DNA of 64,000 nt from the human T2T-CHM13v2.0 reference genome, Homo sapiens. Location of the stretch: assembly GCF_009914755.1 (NCBI RefSeq), contig NC_060927.1. The stretch is one strand, 5' to 3'. The notes below the pieces were generated by a model. The model was not told where the DNA came from and did no database searches. It saw only the letters and a list, made by a program, of their open reading frames with translations. Positions 25,976 through 39,905 of this stretch are shown piece by piece. Positions within the stretch are counted from its first letter, which is position 1; each line of letters begins with the position of its first letter. Position numbers and translations under genes: made by a program.

Positions 25976-27113
25976 ATTGCGCAGCATAAACTAACCAGGC
26001 TGGTATTAGTGATTCTTAAATTCTACACCAATGTGCTGAATAATTGAGTTTTCAAATTGACTTTCTGTATTTGTACTTTACATCTATATATTGAGTCTTA
26101 GCCCAGTGATCTTCAAATATTTGTTAAATTTACTTTATATAAATATACAGATGAGTATTCAGAATATTAGAATGTAGTCAAAATACTTCAATTGTATAAT
26201 TGTATGGAAACTAGTTGACTATTCCCTTAATGATGTCCAGTGCATTTTAAGATTTGGCAGTTCCATAAGGTCACTTAGAATGTTAGTGATCATACTGAAG
26301 ATAGGGGTTGGAGAAGGGACTCATAATTTGCTTCTGCTTTAAGTTACTGATGGTATCAGTTGGGGTCTATAGTACATATTGCCTGCATGAGTCTTTCTGC
26401 ATCCTAAACAGATATTTTTGGAAAGTAACCCAAATTTAGAAGCAAGCAGAAAGATCAAATCTTCCTTTCTTGCAGTTATCTACAACATCAGAAATAATAA
26501 TTGGAAAAGCTGGGCAATTGTGTTTATTATATATATTTACCTTGTTTATGTCACTTATACTTTCATCTATTTACAATTTAGTAATTTGGCAATTCTGATG
26601 TATGTTTTATATGTGTATAGTTAAGGGATAAAACTTATGGGTTATTGTTAATTACTTGAAAATTATTGAAGGGAAGCTGGTTATGAAAATCCTTGTTAAA
26701 AGAGAGCATTTTGACATTCTGTAACTTAACCCTTAAAAATTAGTGAGTAAATAATACATTGCTATAACATATTCTGTAATCTATTAAAATCTTCATAAAA
26801 GTTGACAAGCACTACATGGTTTGCAGATGAGACAGTTAATAATTACTATTAATATGTAAATGTAGGTTAAAAATCAAATAACAGTTAAGTCAATAATGAA
26901 ACTTTAAAGACAGTTTTGTGTACCATGCACACAGATCCAAAAATCTGAGCACCATTAATCTGTCATATGTTTGATTACTTCATATATTTTTGTCTAAAAT
27001 GGTCTTTAAATTGTTGAATCTGTATTCTTTACTGAATTTTATAAAATTTATGCTTTTTATGTATTAGAATAAACTCTGATATAGTTTAATCATTTATTTA
27101 AAATCTGTTGTGA

Positions 27114-27418
27114 GGCCAGGCACAGTGGCTCACGCCTGTAATCCCAGCACTTTGGGAGGCTGATAGCTTCAGGGCAGATCACTTTGGGTCAGGAGTTTGA
27201 GTCCAGCCTGGCCAATATGGCGAAACCCCGTCTTTACCAAAAATACAAAAATTAGCTGGGCATGGTGGCAGGAGCCTGTAATCCCAGCTGCTTGGAAGGC
27301 TGAGGCAGGCTAATTGCTTGAACCCCAGGGGGAGGAGGCTGCAGTGAACTGTGACTGCACCATTGTACTCCAGCCTGGGTGACGGAGCAAGACTCCGTCT
27401 CAAAAAAAAAAAAAAAAA
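27114..27418 (+). mobile_element. Alu (AluS/Jb-like), full length
   Basis: GGCCAGGCACAGTGGCTCACGCC...A tail; partial TSD AAAATCTG. Confidence 0.93.
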
Positions 27419-27767
27419 TCTGAAACTTTATTAAGGGTAGCTTCAAGGTTTTTTTCTAAAAGAGTTACTAATTATAATGTAACTTATCAATTACAAATTT
27501 TAATGAGGTCTGCCTCCTATGAGTCTAGATATAGCCATATCGCAGGTATTATAGTTATTTTAGAAAGGATATTATATATTTATATTTTGAATTTTACTTG
27601 TTTTCTTTAGTATGGCATCCAGGAGATTGTTTTTCTTGCAAGACTATTGACTGCCCACCATTCATTCTGCTAAATAAGTTGAGTAGGGAAGACCTGTTGC
27701 ATTGTGAGTAGATATTCATAAACTGGAATGTGAGCCATGTGTAAAAAACTTTGGTTTCAACTTTAAT

Positions 27768-27770
<3 letters not shown>

Positions 27771-27803
<33 letters not shown>
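27771..27803. repeat. A33 mononucleotide run
   Basis: Direct reading. Confidence 0.95.
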
Positions 27804-27805
<2 letters not shown>

Positions 27806-28303
27806 TCAAACTTGTTCTTAAATAGGTTGGCTGTTGCACCCAATAGAGGCCCTTTAGGCTTTCAGCCTAGGTTTTATCACAAGAAATAAAAGAACAGAAA
27901 AAGGGAGTGGGGCTGTAAATAGCTATTCTCAAATAGTTAGAGCCTGCAAAGATAGGATGTGTGAGTTAAAATCATAGTTACTAGGGAATCTTTTTTGAAG
28001 CAACGTGGCCGGGCCCCACTATGGACTTACTAGATCAACAATTTTTGTAAGACGGGTGAGGTGTGGAGTCCAAGGGTTGGGACATTTGTATTTTGAAAGA
28101 CAACATCAGATAATTCTTTTTTCTCTTGACAAGTGCTATTTATTATAGCATTTTCATTTATGATTTGACCAAATATTATCAATCTTCTGAAAGAAATGTG
28201 CTTCACTGTTTTGTTCATTATTTGTATTCCCATGTGCTTGGCATGTAGTAGGCACTCATATTTATTTCAAGAGTTTGATGGCGAAATCAAGGTTAGTCCA
28301 AAC

Positions 28304-28611
28304 CAGCACGTTTTAATAGAACTATAATGCAAGCCATGTAATTTCAAGTTTTCTTGAAGCCACATTTAAAAAGTGAAGAAGAAATAGGTGAAATTAATCT
28401 TATTTTATTTAACACAATGTAACCAAAATATCATTTCAGCATGCAATTGTTATTAAAAATTGAGATATTTTACATTTTCTTTCATAGTAATGTTTTGAAA
28501 TCCAGTAGATATATTATACTTATAGATCATTTCAATTTGGACTAGCCACATTTAATGCACTTTGTATTGAAGTGTGATGTTCCTGGTGGCTACCAGTTTG
28601 GATAGTTCAAG
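28304..28611 (+). mobile_element. MER33 hAT-Charlie MITE
   Basis: aatagaactataatgcaagcca...ggtgaaattaat...ggactagccacattt...ggctaccagtttggatag. Confidence 0.75.
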
Positions 28612-29702
28612 TCTGAACCTTTAATTGTCTCTAAAGTGGGTTATGCCCTTTTGTGGTCTTTACCCATAAGGCCTAGAATGACATTGCTCTTCCTACCTAA
28701 TCAAATTCTGAAGGGCTTGGTTTAAGATTGACTTTCTCCAGGAAGGCTTCCCTCACCACTTCTTGCATACAGTGAGCATGCAATTCTGTTTTCATTTTTT
28801 TCATGCTTTCAGGCTTAAAACAGTCTTTGTTAAAGTGTTTCTGTGAAACACTAGTCTCAGAAGGTAGGTTTTTGGAAGAAAAAGTACCATGTTTTAATAC
28901 ATTTGGGAATAGGAAAAGCTAATGATATACCCCCTCATGGAAAGTTAACAATGTGAATTAGTTTATTAATGGTCTAAGAAATTCTTCAGTAAAATATCCC
29001 ATTTAACAAACTAAACAAATTCTTTGGTGTAATATATATTATGTTGCAGAAGCTATGTTATGCAGAATACACTATAGGAATATATTCTTAAAGAGATTTG
29101 TACTCTTGATGATTAGAAAAGGTTGGTAGACTTAAAGATATTACTTGAGATAGTTCTCCACTGATTTTTCCTTTTTAAAAAATTATTTTTCCTCTCTTCA
29201 GTTCTATTTCCCATTGCCTCACCCATTTTGAATTTGAGATGTTTGCAGAATTGACTTTCTATGAGAATAGTAGTCTTCTGCTTTGTTATTTCAAAATCAG
29301 CTGTATATTATTTACCTGTCTAGCTTAAGCTGCTTCTGTGAGATGTATCGTACTTCATGTATGACACATCTGACTCTGGAACTGAGTTTTATGAATGAAG
29401 TGGGTAAATTTAAGATAGTCTATTTTGTAATGGAAGTATGCTAATGTGAAACTGTGCAGGGCTAGGACTCCAACTAAGTGTCTGAGAACATTATATATAA
29501 TGTCAGGAGTGTGCTTGACTCTTCTGTTGCTTCAATTCAGAAGAAAAAAATATTAATGAAATGCTAGTATTGGTAAACTGTAGTAAAATCAGTTTAATAT
29601 AGTAACTGTGAATTATTCATGATAGACATGATTGCTATTACTGAAAATCTTAGGCCCTAGTTTTGAAGATTATTAATAAAATTTCTAATTTAGTTGTAGC
29701 TA

Positions 29703-30794
29703 GATTCTTAAAGTACTCAGCAATTATGGTGGCTATTTTGAAACTGTGCATTGTTTATCAAGCTTGTTTTTCATGTAAAAGGATCTGGGCATTGATATAT
29801 TTTCATTATATTTGTAGTTAATAGTAAAAATGTTTAAATGTCCTTTCATTATAGACTCAGATTCCCTACTAATTTGATTTAGAGATAATCATTCATGGCT
29901 ATACATTTAATTTAATACTAAGCCTGACAATAAACTGCCTAGTTTTTAAAACCTGCTTAGAGATACCATACCTACTTTATTTTAAATGCAAAATAAAAAA
30001 GTCCTTCTCCATTCCTTTAATTTTTTGGAAGAGAATCAAGTGGAAGAAGGCATATAGCTAACAGTTCTATACTTCTCTTTAAGGGCACAGGACTAAAACA
30101 TGATAGCAGCATTTCTCACTTAATCATAAGCCTGCTTATGTTAATGGCTACTGCAGTCACTCTAAAACTCTGCATTTCTGCTTGTTAAATTTAAAGGAAG
30201 TAAAAAATTACTGCCAACACAATCTTTGAGAAACATGCAAATAATACAGTTGTATTTAATGTCAACTTATATAGTAGCTTCCCCATTCCTATAAACACTT
30301 CTGAGGTTATATGATTATCTTGATGCAGTTTTTCTGCCTAGTTCATATTAAAAGCAGAGTGAACTTCAATATTGAAATAACAGTAAGGGAATTTCTGTTC
30401 TTTTTCAAGGTGTTGCATTGTTTATTGTTGTATACTAGTACAGTGCCAAAGGATTTATAATTTTTTTCTTTTAAACTGGTATAGACCCTACAGTTGACTG
30501 ATTTTGAATAACAAAAAGGCATATCAAGTTTATAATTAGTAATACTAATTAGCAGGAAATAAGACTATCTAGATTATTGACATTCTTTTCTGTATTTAAG
30601 AAAATAAAATTAAGAAATTATGTTTGCCGTTTTCAATGAGGAAAGATTTTCAACTTCGGGATTCTTAAAGTACTCAGCAATTATGTTGGCTATTTTGAAA
30701 CTGCATTGTTTATCAAGCTTGTTTTTCATGTAAAAGGATCTGGGCATTGATATATTTTCATTATATTTATAGTTAATAGTAAAAATGTTTAAAT
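29703..30794 (+). repeat. Dispersed direct duplication, copies at 29703-29839 and 30660-30794
   Basis: ~136 bp; two substitutions and one 2-nt indel between copies. Confidence 0.95.
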
Positions 30795-31439
30795 ATATAA
30801 GTAGCTGGTGAAATTTGTATTTGGCATGCCCCAAAGCCCCTTTTCCTTCAAAAGCTTTAATCCTGACAGCATCTCTTGAAATATAAAACAAATTTGAAGT
30901 TCCCTAAGAAAAATACATGTTTTTCTTTGAGGATACTACTGTTGCTTTGCTGCCCTCTACAGTCATCTAAAATAGTCACTCTAGATTTTTCTCCATTCAG
31001 ATACTTAGAATACTTTTTCCCTGACCTGTGTATGAGCTTTATATTTCAGGAATGGGTTAAGTAATATTTACTGTTACGGAAGTAAAGTTTAGTCACAGTT
31101 AATCTATATATGTCATGCAAAAAAAAAAAAAAGGACTTAGAGATTTGAACAAGGGATAAATTGGGGACTATTGAGCAACAACCATGTGCTAGGGAGTATA
31201 AAGGATACCACGGTGGAATGAGGCATGTTGGCCCTCTAAAGCTTATGAACTCATTAATACGATTAATGGCATGCTTATATATCAAATGACATTTGTAACA
31301 ACATGCCAAGTGATATGATATAGTTTACAGAAATATTAGTAAGGGCTGGAAGAGTTAAAAATGAGACTTTTGAGCTATGTCTTCAAGAGTTTAGACAGAT
31401 AAAACAGGGTGGTTTTAAACATATTTAAAACACAAAGCA

Positions 31440-31765
31440 GGCTGGGTGCGGTGGCTCACGTCTGTAATCCCTGAGAGGCTAAGGCAGGAGGATTGTTTGA
31501 GCCCAATTCTTTGAGACCAGCCTGGGCAACATAGTGAGACCTCGTCTCTGCCAATAAATAAATAAATAAATAAGCCAGGCATGGTGGAGTCCACCTGTAG
31601 TAGCAACTACTCAGGAGGGTAAGGTGGGAGGATTGCTTGAGCCCGGAAGGCTGAGGCTGTAGTGAGCTAAGATTTTGCCTCTGCATTCCATCCTGGACAA
31701 CAGGGCAAGACTCTGTTTCACCATAAAAACAAAAGACAAAACAAAACAACAAGAAAAACCACAAC
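31440..31765 (+). mobile_element. AluJ
   Basis: Alu body with (TAAA)n linker and (AAAAC)-type tail; flanking ACAAAGCA repeat. Confidence 0.9.
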
Positions 31766-32049
31766 CCTACAAAGCATCTGTTATGTAGAAAGGACTCTTC
31801 TAGGCTCCTTGGAGTCTTTGCCCTTAAGAAATGTAAAACTTAATTGTCAGGAGATTGGAATGAAAGATGTCTTTCTCTGTGTATGTGTGTGTGTGTATTA
31901 ACCCAGTTACTTCTCTCCCTGTTTCCTCCCCTGTTAAATTGGCTAAATAATACTTTCTTCACAGAATTGCTATGAAATTAAATTGCAATAAAGTGCTATG
32001 TAAATACAACAAACAATACAGTGAACAAAAATGACTTGTCTTATGTGAG

Positions 32050-33050
32050 AAATTTAACAAAGTATTGTCGGATTATAGAAAGAGGACCAATTTAACTAGG
32101 GGTGGAAGAAGACTTAGAGGAGCTAATTTTCTAGCTGAATCTTGAAGGAATAGCTTAGATTTCTGTTTGTGAGGGAAAGTCAGTGAAAAAGAGGGTGTTC
32201 CAACTTAAAGACCACTGAGATGAGGACTCTAGAAGGAATTAGTGTTCTCATGTGACTCAAGCATGAACTTTATGGAGGGAAGTCGTGGATTTTTAAATAC
32301 TTTGCTGAGGCGATTAGACTGTGGTAGCCACTGAGGAGCTTTTGAAGGCAGGCAACTGTGGAGTCCATCCATGACTTGATAGATTGTATAGCTCTGGCAG
32401 AAATGTAAAAAATATATTGGAGCTATGACAGACAAGTGAAGGTGACAACCATTGTGATATTCCATGGAAAGAGGATTACAGAGATAAATGACAGTTTTGC
32501 AAAGGGATTTGAAGGGAGGCTTGGATCTGAGAAGTAGATGATATGGTGTTTGGATATCATTGTGGGTAAGGAAGGAGGAGTTAGATATGAACCAACTTGG
32601 AATAACTAGGAAAGGATGATGAGAGGATTGATTAATCAATCCAGTAAGGTTTCACATGCATTTGTGGTGTACTTTTGAGCTGTAGCTGGAAATTTGTGAG
32701 AGTTGGGGTTAGAAGGGTGAGGTACGAGGGGTAGGAGGTAGGTTGTGAAACTGGGAATTATCAGGATTGAGGTATTTGCATTGAATGAGCTGTTTCAGAG
32801 AGAAAAGGGAACACAGGCAGAAGAGAGAGAGTGAGAAGAAAAAAGTGGAGAGAGGGAAGGGAATAGTGGATGGGGCCAGAATTTTTTTTTAGATTGAGGT
32901 ATTTTGATTGGATAAGCTATCGGAGGGAGAGAGAAGAAAAATGTTCAAGGAAAAATCTTAGTTGATAAATAAATGAATACATTTAGTAGAGGTAAGGGCA
33001 TTCGTGACTCTTAGTAATTTTAGTAAAAGTGGTTAGGAGAAAAATGTCAC
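32050..33050 (-). mobile_element. Diverged L2 fragment
   Basis: Purine-rich antisense L2-like motifs (gctgaatcttgaagga, gggagccactg-like, gacaaccattg); boundaries approximate. Confidence 0.55.
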
Positions 33051-33059
33051 ATCTTAAAG

Positions 33060-33610
33060 CAGAGGTCTCCAACTTTTTTGGCACCAGGGACTGGTTTTGT
33101 GGAAGACAGTTTTCCCATGGCCTGGGGTTAGGGGCAGTGAATGGTTTTGGGATGATTGAAGTGCATTGCATTTATTGTGTAGTTTATTTCTATTGTTATT
33201 AGATTGTAATATATAATGAAATAATTATACAATTCACCATAACGTAGAATCAGTGGGAGCCCAGAGCTTGTTTTCCTGCAACTAGACAGTCCCGTCTGGG
33301 GGTGATGGGAGATAGTGACAGATCATCAGGCATTAGATTCTTGTAAGGAGTGCACAACATAGATCCCCCACATGTGCAGTTCTCAGTAGGGTTCGTGCTC
33401 CTATGAGAATCTAATACTGCTGCTGATCTGATAGCAGGCAGAGCTCAGGTGGTAATACAAGCGATGGGGAGCAGTTGTAAATACGGATGAGAGATGGGGA
33501 GTGGCTGGTGAATACAGATGAAGCTTCACTTGCTTGCCCACCACTCACTTTCTGCTGTGCGGTCCAGTTCCTGACAGGCCACAGACTCGTACGGGGGTTG
33601 GAGACCCCTG
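33060..33610 (+). mobile_element. MER1A hAT-Charlie element
   Basis: TIRs CAGAGGTCTCCAAC / GTTGGAGACCCCTG; 8-bp TSD TCTTAAAG/TCTTCAAG. Confidence 0.9.
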
Positions 33611-33720
33611 TCTTCAAGGATTAAGAAATCATGGGATAGTGAAGGAGAGTAGGGACAACTCTTGGGAAAGAAAGGAAAGAGAAAAAAGAGTAATTTGTGA
33701 GGGAACAAGACTATGTCAGT

Positions 33721-34088
33721 TGTTATGGACTGAAAGTTTGTGTTCCCCTTCTCCCCCAAATCCATATGTTGAGCTCGCAACCCTCAATGTGATGGTGTTA
33801 GGGGGCATAGGGCCTTTGGGAAGTAATTAGGTTTAGATGAGGTCAGGAGGGTAGAGCCTCATGATGTGATTAGTGTCCTTATAAGAAGAGGAAGACACTA
33901 GAGCTGTTTCTCTCCATCATGCAAGGATGTAGCAGAAAAGCAGGCATCTGCATGCCAGGAAGAGGGCTGTCACCAGGAACCTGATAATGCTGGCACCCTT
34001 GTCTCAGACTTTCATGCTCCAGAGCTGTAACAAAGAGTGTAAGCCAGCTAGTCTATGGTATTTTGTTAAAGCAGCCCAAGCCGAGACA
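33721..34088 (+). mobile_element. MLT1A-type solo LTR
   Basis: TGTTATGGACTGAA...GCAGCCCAAGCCGAGACA; perfect 5-bp TSD TCAGT. Confidence 0.88.
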
Positions 34089-35284
34089 TCAGTCAAGGTT
34101 TTATTCACAAACATCAGAAACTTGACCCCGTGGTTAAAAGACAGTTTTTTGAAAGATATTGGATGCTTCAGGCATGGAAAACAAGAACTGAAAGAAGGTA
34201 GGCAACTAGAACTATATCCAGAACCATAGCTAAGATACTATATTGAGGGGCAGTTTGTTAAGGTCATTACCTGCTGTCTCCTGGACGCTGGATGATATAG
34301 CCTTGTCTCTGATACTGGCTTTGCTGCTCATAGAAACTGGATGTTGTTGTTGCCATAGCCCAAGAAAATATATTGTCCACAAGTGTCCACTATAGAAAGT
34401 TGAAAAACTTTTTTTAAAAAATTTAATTTATATGATGAGACTTCTGTGTCTTTGGGAGAGAAGCAGGAGAAGCTCATTGATACGGCAAGGTCCAGGAAAA
34501 GAGATAAGTGGAAACATTAAAAACACAGATGAGAGATGCTAGTATTAGAAATGGAAGACACTTCTTTCTACTAAATAGGGAAAAGAAAATGATAGGTGAA
34601 GATGTTGAGACACTTCTAGGTGTGAGAGAGGGAAGTTACAAAAAGGTCTTGTTCTTTAGCGATATAAGTGATAAACTTTTAGAATGAGTGTGGAGTGATG
34701 TTGGGACTTAGGATAGAACCTGTGGTGAAAAATGGAATAAGACATCAACTAAGAATGAATGAAATGATTCAGTATTGAAGGCATGAATTGGCATACCATG
34801 GACTTGTGAAACGTGAAAGATGGTGTGGAGGCAGTAGTAAGTTTATGTTGTGTGGATGTTAGTATTTAATTGAGCACTAGGTCTACTAGAGACTATTCTA
34901 GGTACTGTGAAAGACTAGCCGATAAAGAACAAAATGTGTTCTGGGAACCACTTGTGTTTATGTATGGAAAGAAGTAGAATAGAGTCAGACTGAGTGCTTT
35001 TTAAATGTGATGTGATAGGGTGTCTGAAAGTTTGAGAACAAGGGTGATGTAAGGAAGGTAGGATTTAAGAAATAAAGATATTATTGAGGCCTAAAGTAGG
35101 GTTGTAATGGTAGAAATGGAAGGGAAAGGTTTAGAAACGAGATAATTAAATGGTAAAATAATACCTCTTAATAATTCTAGGATATAAGAAATGGAGGAAA
35201 ATTAGTGGAGTTTTCAGACAGATGGGAAAATATTGTAAAAGTTATTGAATGGAAGATTGATGTAGGAATTAGATGTTGCATACC

Positions 35285-35712
35285 TGGAAGGGTGGGCTGC
35301 CATAACAAAATGCCACAAACTGGATGGCTTAAAACAGCATAAATTTATTCTCTCACAGTTCTGGAGCCTGGAAGTCTGAAATCAAGGTGTAAGCAAGGCC
35401 ATGTTCCCTTTGAAACTCTGGATAGAATCCTTCCTTGCCTTTTTCTGCCTAGTTTCTGGTTGTGGCTGTGTCTCTTTAGTGTTTCTTGGCCTACTGCTGC
35501 ATTATTACAATCTCTGATCTGTTGTCACATGACGTTTTCCCTGTATGTCTCAATAGGACAAAAGTCATATCGGATTAAGGGCTACCCCACTCAGGTATGA
35601 CCACATCTGAATTTACATCTTAAATACATCTGTGGACACTCTATTTCCAAATAAGTTCACATTCACAGACACTAGAGGTGAGGGCTTCAACACACAATTC
35701 AGCCTGTAATAC
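35285..35712 (-). mobile_element. MLT1B/C-type LTR
   Basis: gggctgccataacaaaatgccacaaactgg...cacaattcagcctgtaataca. Confidence 0.8.
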
Positions 35713-37790
35713 AGGGATGATGATTTTTGTTTTGGCTGTGTAAGCTGTGAGATTTTAGGCTTGATTAAAGTCAAAGTGCCAGTTAAATGCAGCATTTGAG
35801 GATGTGAGGTATGAGGTGGTTTGAATGAAACTTGAGAGAGACTCATGAAATATTAAAACTTTTAAAATTGACGTATACATCAGAAAAATACATACATAAA
35901 TGTGCGGTTGGATGAACTGTTAAAATGTGAGGATATTCCTGAAACCATTTTCCTGGTCAAAAAATAAAACATTACCAGGCTCCAGAAGTCCTTCTCTCAT
36001 ACTCCTCAGTCACAAATCCTTTTCTCTTAACCACCATTCTGACTTCTAGCACCACACATTAGTTTTTCCTGTTTTTGAACTTTGTAATACTTCTTTGCTT
36101 ACACTGTGAGATTCATCCATGTTGTTGCATGTAGCAGTATTTTTTTTTTTTTTACCACTGTACGGTATTTTGTTCCATGACTGTTCCATAATTTATCAGT
36201 TTTAATGTTGGACAGACATTTGGGTTATTTTCACTTTGAGGCTTTTATGAATGGTACTGCTGTGAACATCATCGTGCCTGTTTTTGGTGGTGGTATTGCT
36301 GGTTCATATTATGCATATTTTTGTTGGAATAATTTTCCAAAGTGCTTATAACAATTCATACTCCCACCAATAATGTTTGAGAGTTTCAATTGCTCTACAT
36401 TCTCACTAGTCCTTTGTAATATCAGTATTTTTCTTTTAACCATTCTGGTCAGCATGTAGTGGTGATTGTGATTTTAATTTGTAATTCCTTAATGATTGAG
36501 ATTTAAGATTATGGGCCATTTGAATATCCTCTTTTGTGAAGTGCCTGTTCATTCTTTTTCCTTTTTATTCAGTTAGGTTGTCTTTCATCTTTTTATGGGT
36601 TCCTAGGAATTGTTTATATTTGCTAAATATGAACCCTTTGTTAATTATATGTATTGCAAATATCTTCTACTCTGGCCATTTCACTCTGTGAATGGTTTCT
36701 GTTGATAAAAAGCAGTTCCTGAATATCTGTCTGTGTAGTCAAAACCAGTCTTTTTCTTTACAATTAATTTGTTGTGTTTTTGTTTAGGAAATCTTTCTCT
36801 AGTACACCATCATGAAATTTTTTCCCGCTAGAATCTTTATTATTTGCCTTTACTGTAGTACATCTAAAATTTATTTTTGTGATTATATAAGATAGGGTTC
36901 ATATTTTTTCCTCCATTTACTATTTAGTCAGCCATCACCATTTATGGAAAAGACTCTCTGCTGTGCAATGCTGGCTTTATAATAAATCAAGTAGCCATAT
37001 ATGCCTGGAGTTTTTTGGACTCTGTTCCAGTGGTCCATTTTTCTATCTCTGTACAAGTATCATAATGTCTCATTAGAGCTTTATAATAGATCCTCATATT
37101 GGGTGGAGTAAGCTCGCCTATTCAGGTTTATTGTACTTAGTCTTGTTCCTTTTTCCTTTCCACATAAATTTTAGTGGCAGTTTATTAATTTTCATAAAAA
37201 GCCTGCAGGATTTTTAGTGGCAGTTCATTAAATTTATATGGATTAATGTGGGGCTAGATTTGGCATCTTTCTAATGCTGAGTCTTCCAATCCATGAGCCT
37301 GTTTTATCTATTTATTGAGGTTTTCCTTAAATAAAATCTTCTGGTTTGTTCTGTGTGTAGACATCTTATATAACTGTAAATTTTAGATTAAACTTAATCT
37401 AATTTTAATTATAGATTTATTTCAAGTTATTTGGCTTTTTGATGTTATTATAAATAATATTTATAAAATGTTTTCTCATTGTTTGTGGCATGTAAAATGC
37501 AATCCATTTTGGTACTGTGACCTTATGTAAAGAGACCTTGCTTAATTTCACTTATTTCTAATACTTTGTGGAATCTTTTGAATTTTCCATCTATATAAGC
37601 ATGCCATCTATGATGAAGGCCTGTTTCTCTTCAATGATTGTATTGTTTTTCTTTTCCTTTACCTTATTGCACTGGCTAGGACATCCAGTGTGATATTAAA
37701 GTGGTGACTACAAGCATTGTTACATGTGTAATCTCAGAGGTAAAAGTGTTCAGCATTTCAAAATTAAGTATAATTTTTTTGTAGCATTTA

Positions 37791-38435
<645 letters not shown>

Positions 38436-38465
38436 AGAAGAAGCCTTTTTCTCAGCTTAGGGAGG

Positions 38466-38892
38466 TAATATAGTTGGATGTTTGATTCTGCCAAGCCTCA
38501 TGTTGAAATTTGATCCTCAGGGTTGGAGGTGGGGTCTGTTGGAAGGTGTTTGTGTTGCAGGGCAGATCCCCTCATGAATAGAGTAATGCCCTCCCTGGGG
38601 TGGTAGAGGGAGAAGAGTGAGTTCTCACTCTTATTAATTCCTGCAAGAGTTGTTTGTTAAAAAGAGTCTGGCACCTCCTCTCTAGCTTTGTTGCTTCCCA
38701 TTGCCATGTGATCTCTGTACAACCCAGCTGTCCTTTGCCTTCTGCCATGCCAAAAGTGTCCTAAGGCTCTCTTCAGATACCCAGACCTAAACTTTTTCAG
38801 GTATCAGAATTGTGAGCTAAATAAACCTTTTTTCTTTATAAATTACCCAGTCTCAGGTATTCCTTCATTGCAACACAAAATGGGCTAAAGCA
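38466..38892 (+). mobile_element. MSTB-type MaLR solo LTR
   Basis: ctcatgttgaaatttgatcc...AATAAAcc...gcaacacaaaatgggctaaagca; TSD GGAGG/GGAAG. Confidence 0.85.
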
Positions 38893-39845
38893 GGAAGTTT
38901 CTTTCTGTTCTCATTTTTTCTAAGAATTTTTATCGTGACTAGGTACTTAATTTTATCAAATGTTTTATCTTAAAGTTGAGGATATGATTTTTTCCCCCAT
39001 TTTTTTAATAATGTGGTAAATTACATTTCTATGGGCCCAACATGCTTCTGCTATACAACTCTACTGATGGTGAATTACATTTATAAAAACATTAAACCAT
39101 TATTGTGTTTCTGGAGTAATCTCAGTTTGGTTTTGATGAATATATCCTTTATTATATCACTGGATTCTATTTGCTATTTTATTTTCTTTCCACATATGTT
39201 TATGAATTGCATTGGCCCAAAATTTTTCTTTCTTAAAATGCTTTTGCCACCTTTTGGTGTCAAGGCTGTGCTGGACTCATTAAAAACTTGGGAAGTGTTC
39301 ATCTTTTTTTTGGTCTTGTGTAAGAGTTTAAGATTGATAATTTTTTCTTTGTTTTGCAGAATTCATCTGGGCATGTAGTTTTCTTTTTAAGGGAAGGATT
39401 TTTAATTACAGATTTAATATCTTAATAATTATAGTACTAGTCAGATTGATTGTGTCATTTTGGCACTTAGCATTTTTGTGGGAATTTGTCAACTTCATGC
39501 TTTCAAATCTTTTGACAAAAAAATTGTTCATAATATTTTCTTATCGTCTTTTTAATGTTTGGAGGATAAGTAGTGATGCCCTATGTTTTCATTTCTTATG
39601 TTAGTATTTTGTGCCTTTTCTCATTTTCTGGATCAGTCTTTCCAAGAGATTTTCAATTTTATTATACTTTTCAAAGAACCCACTTTTGGTTCATTGTTGA
39701 TTCTATTTTATGTTTGTTTCTATTTCATTATTTTCTTTTCTATCTTATTTTCTTCTACTTATTTTTATTTGGAGAGGGGCTTATTTCTTATTCTTTTTCT
39801 CATTCTTCAGATGGATAGTTAGATTACTGATTTTCAGCCTTTCTC

Positions 39846-39905
39846 GTGTGTGTGTGTGTGTGTGTGTGTATGTATATAAACATATACATACACACACATA
39901 TATGT
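39846..39905. repeat. (GT)12 followed by a TA/CA-rich compound microsatellite
   Basis: Direct reading. Confidence 0.9.

Noticed and set aside
27163-27446. TAGCTTCA replacing Alu consensus bases and recurring just downstream of the Alu
   Set aside because: Only an 8-nt match, too short to distinguish templated copying from chance
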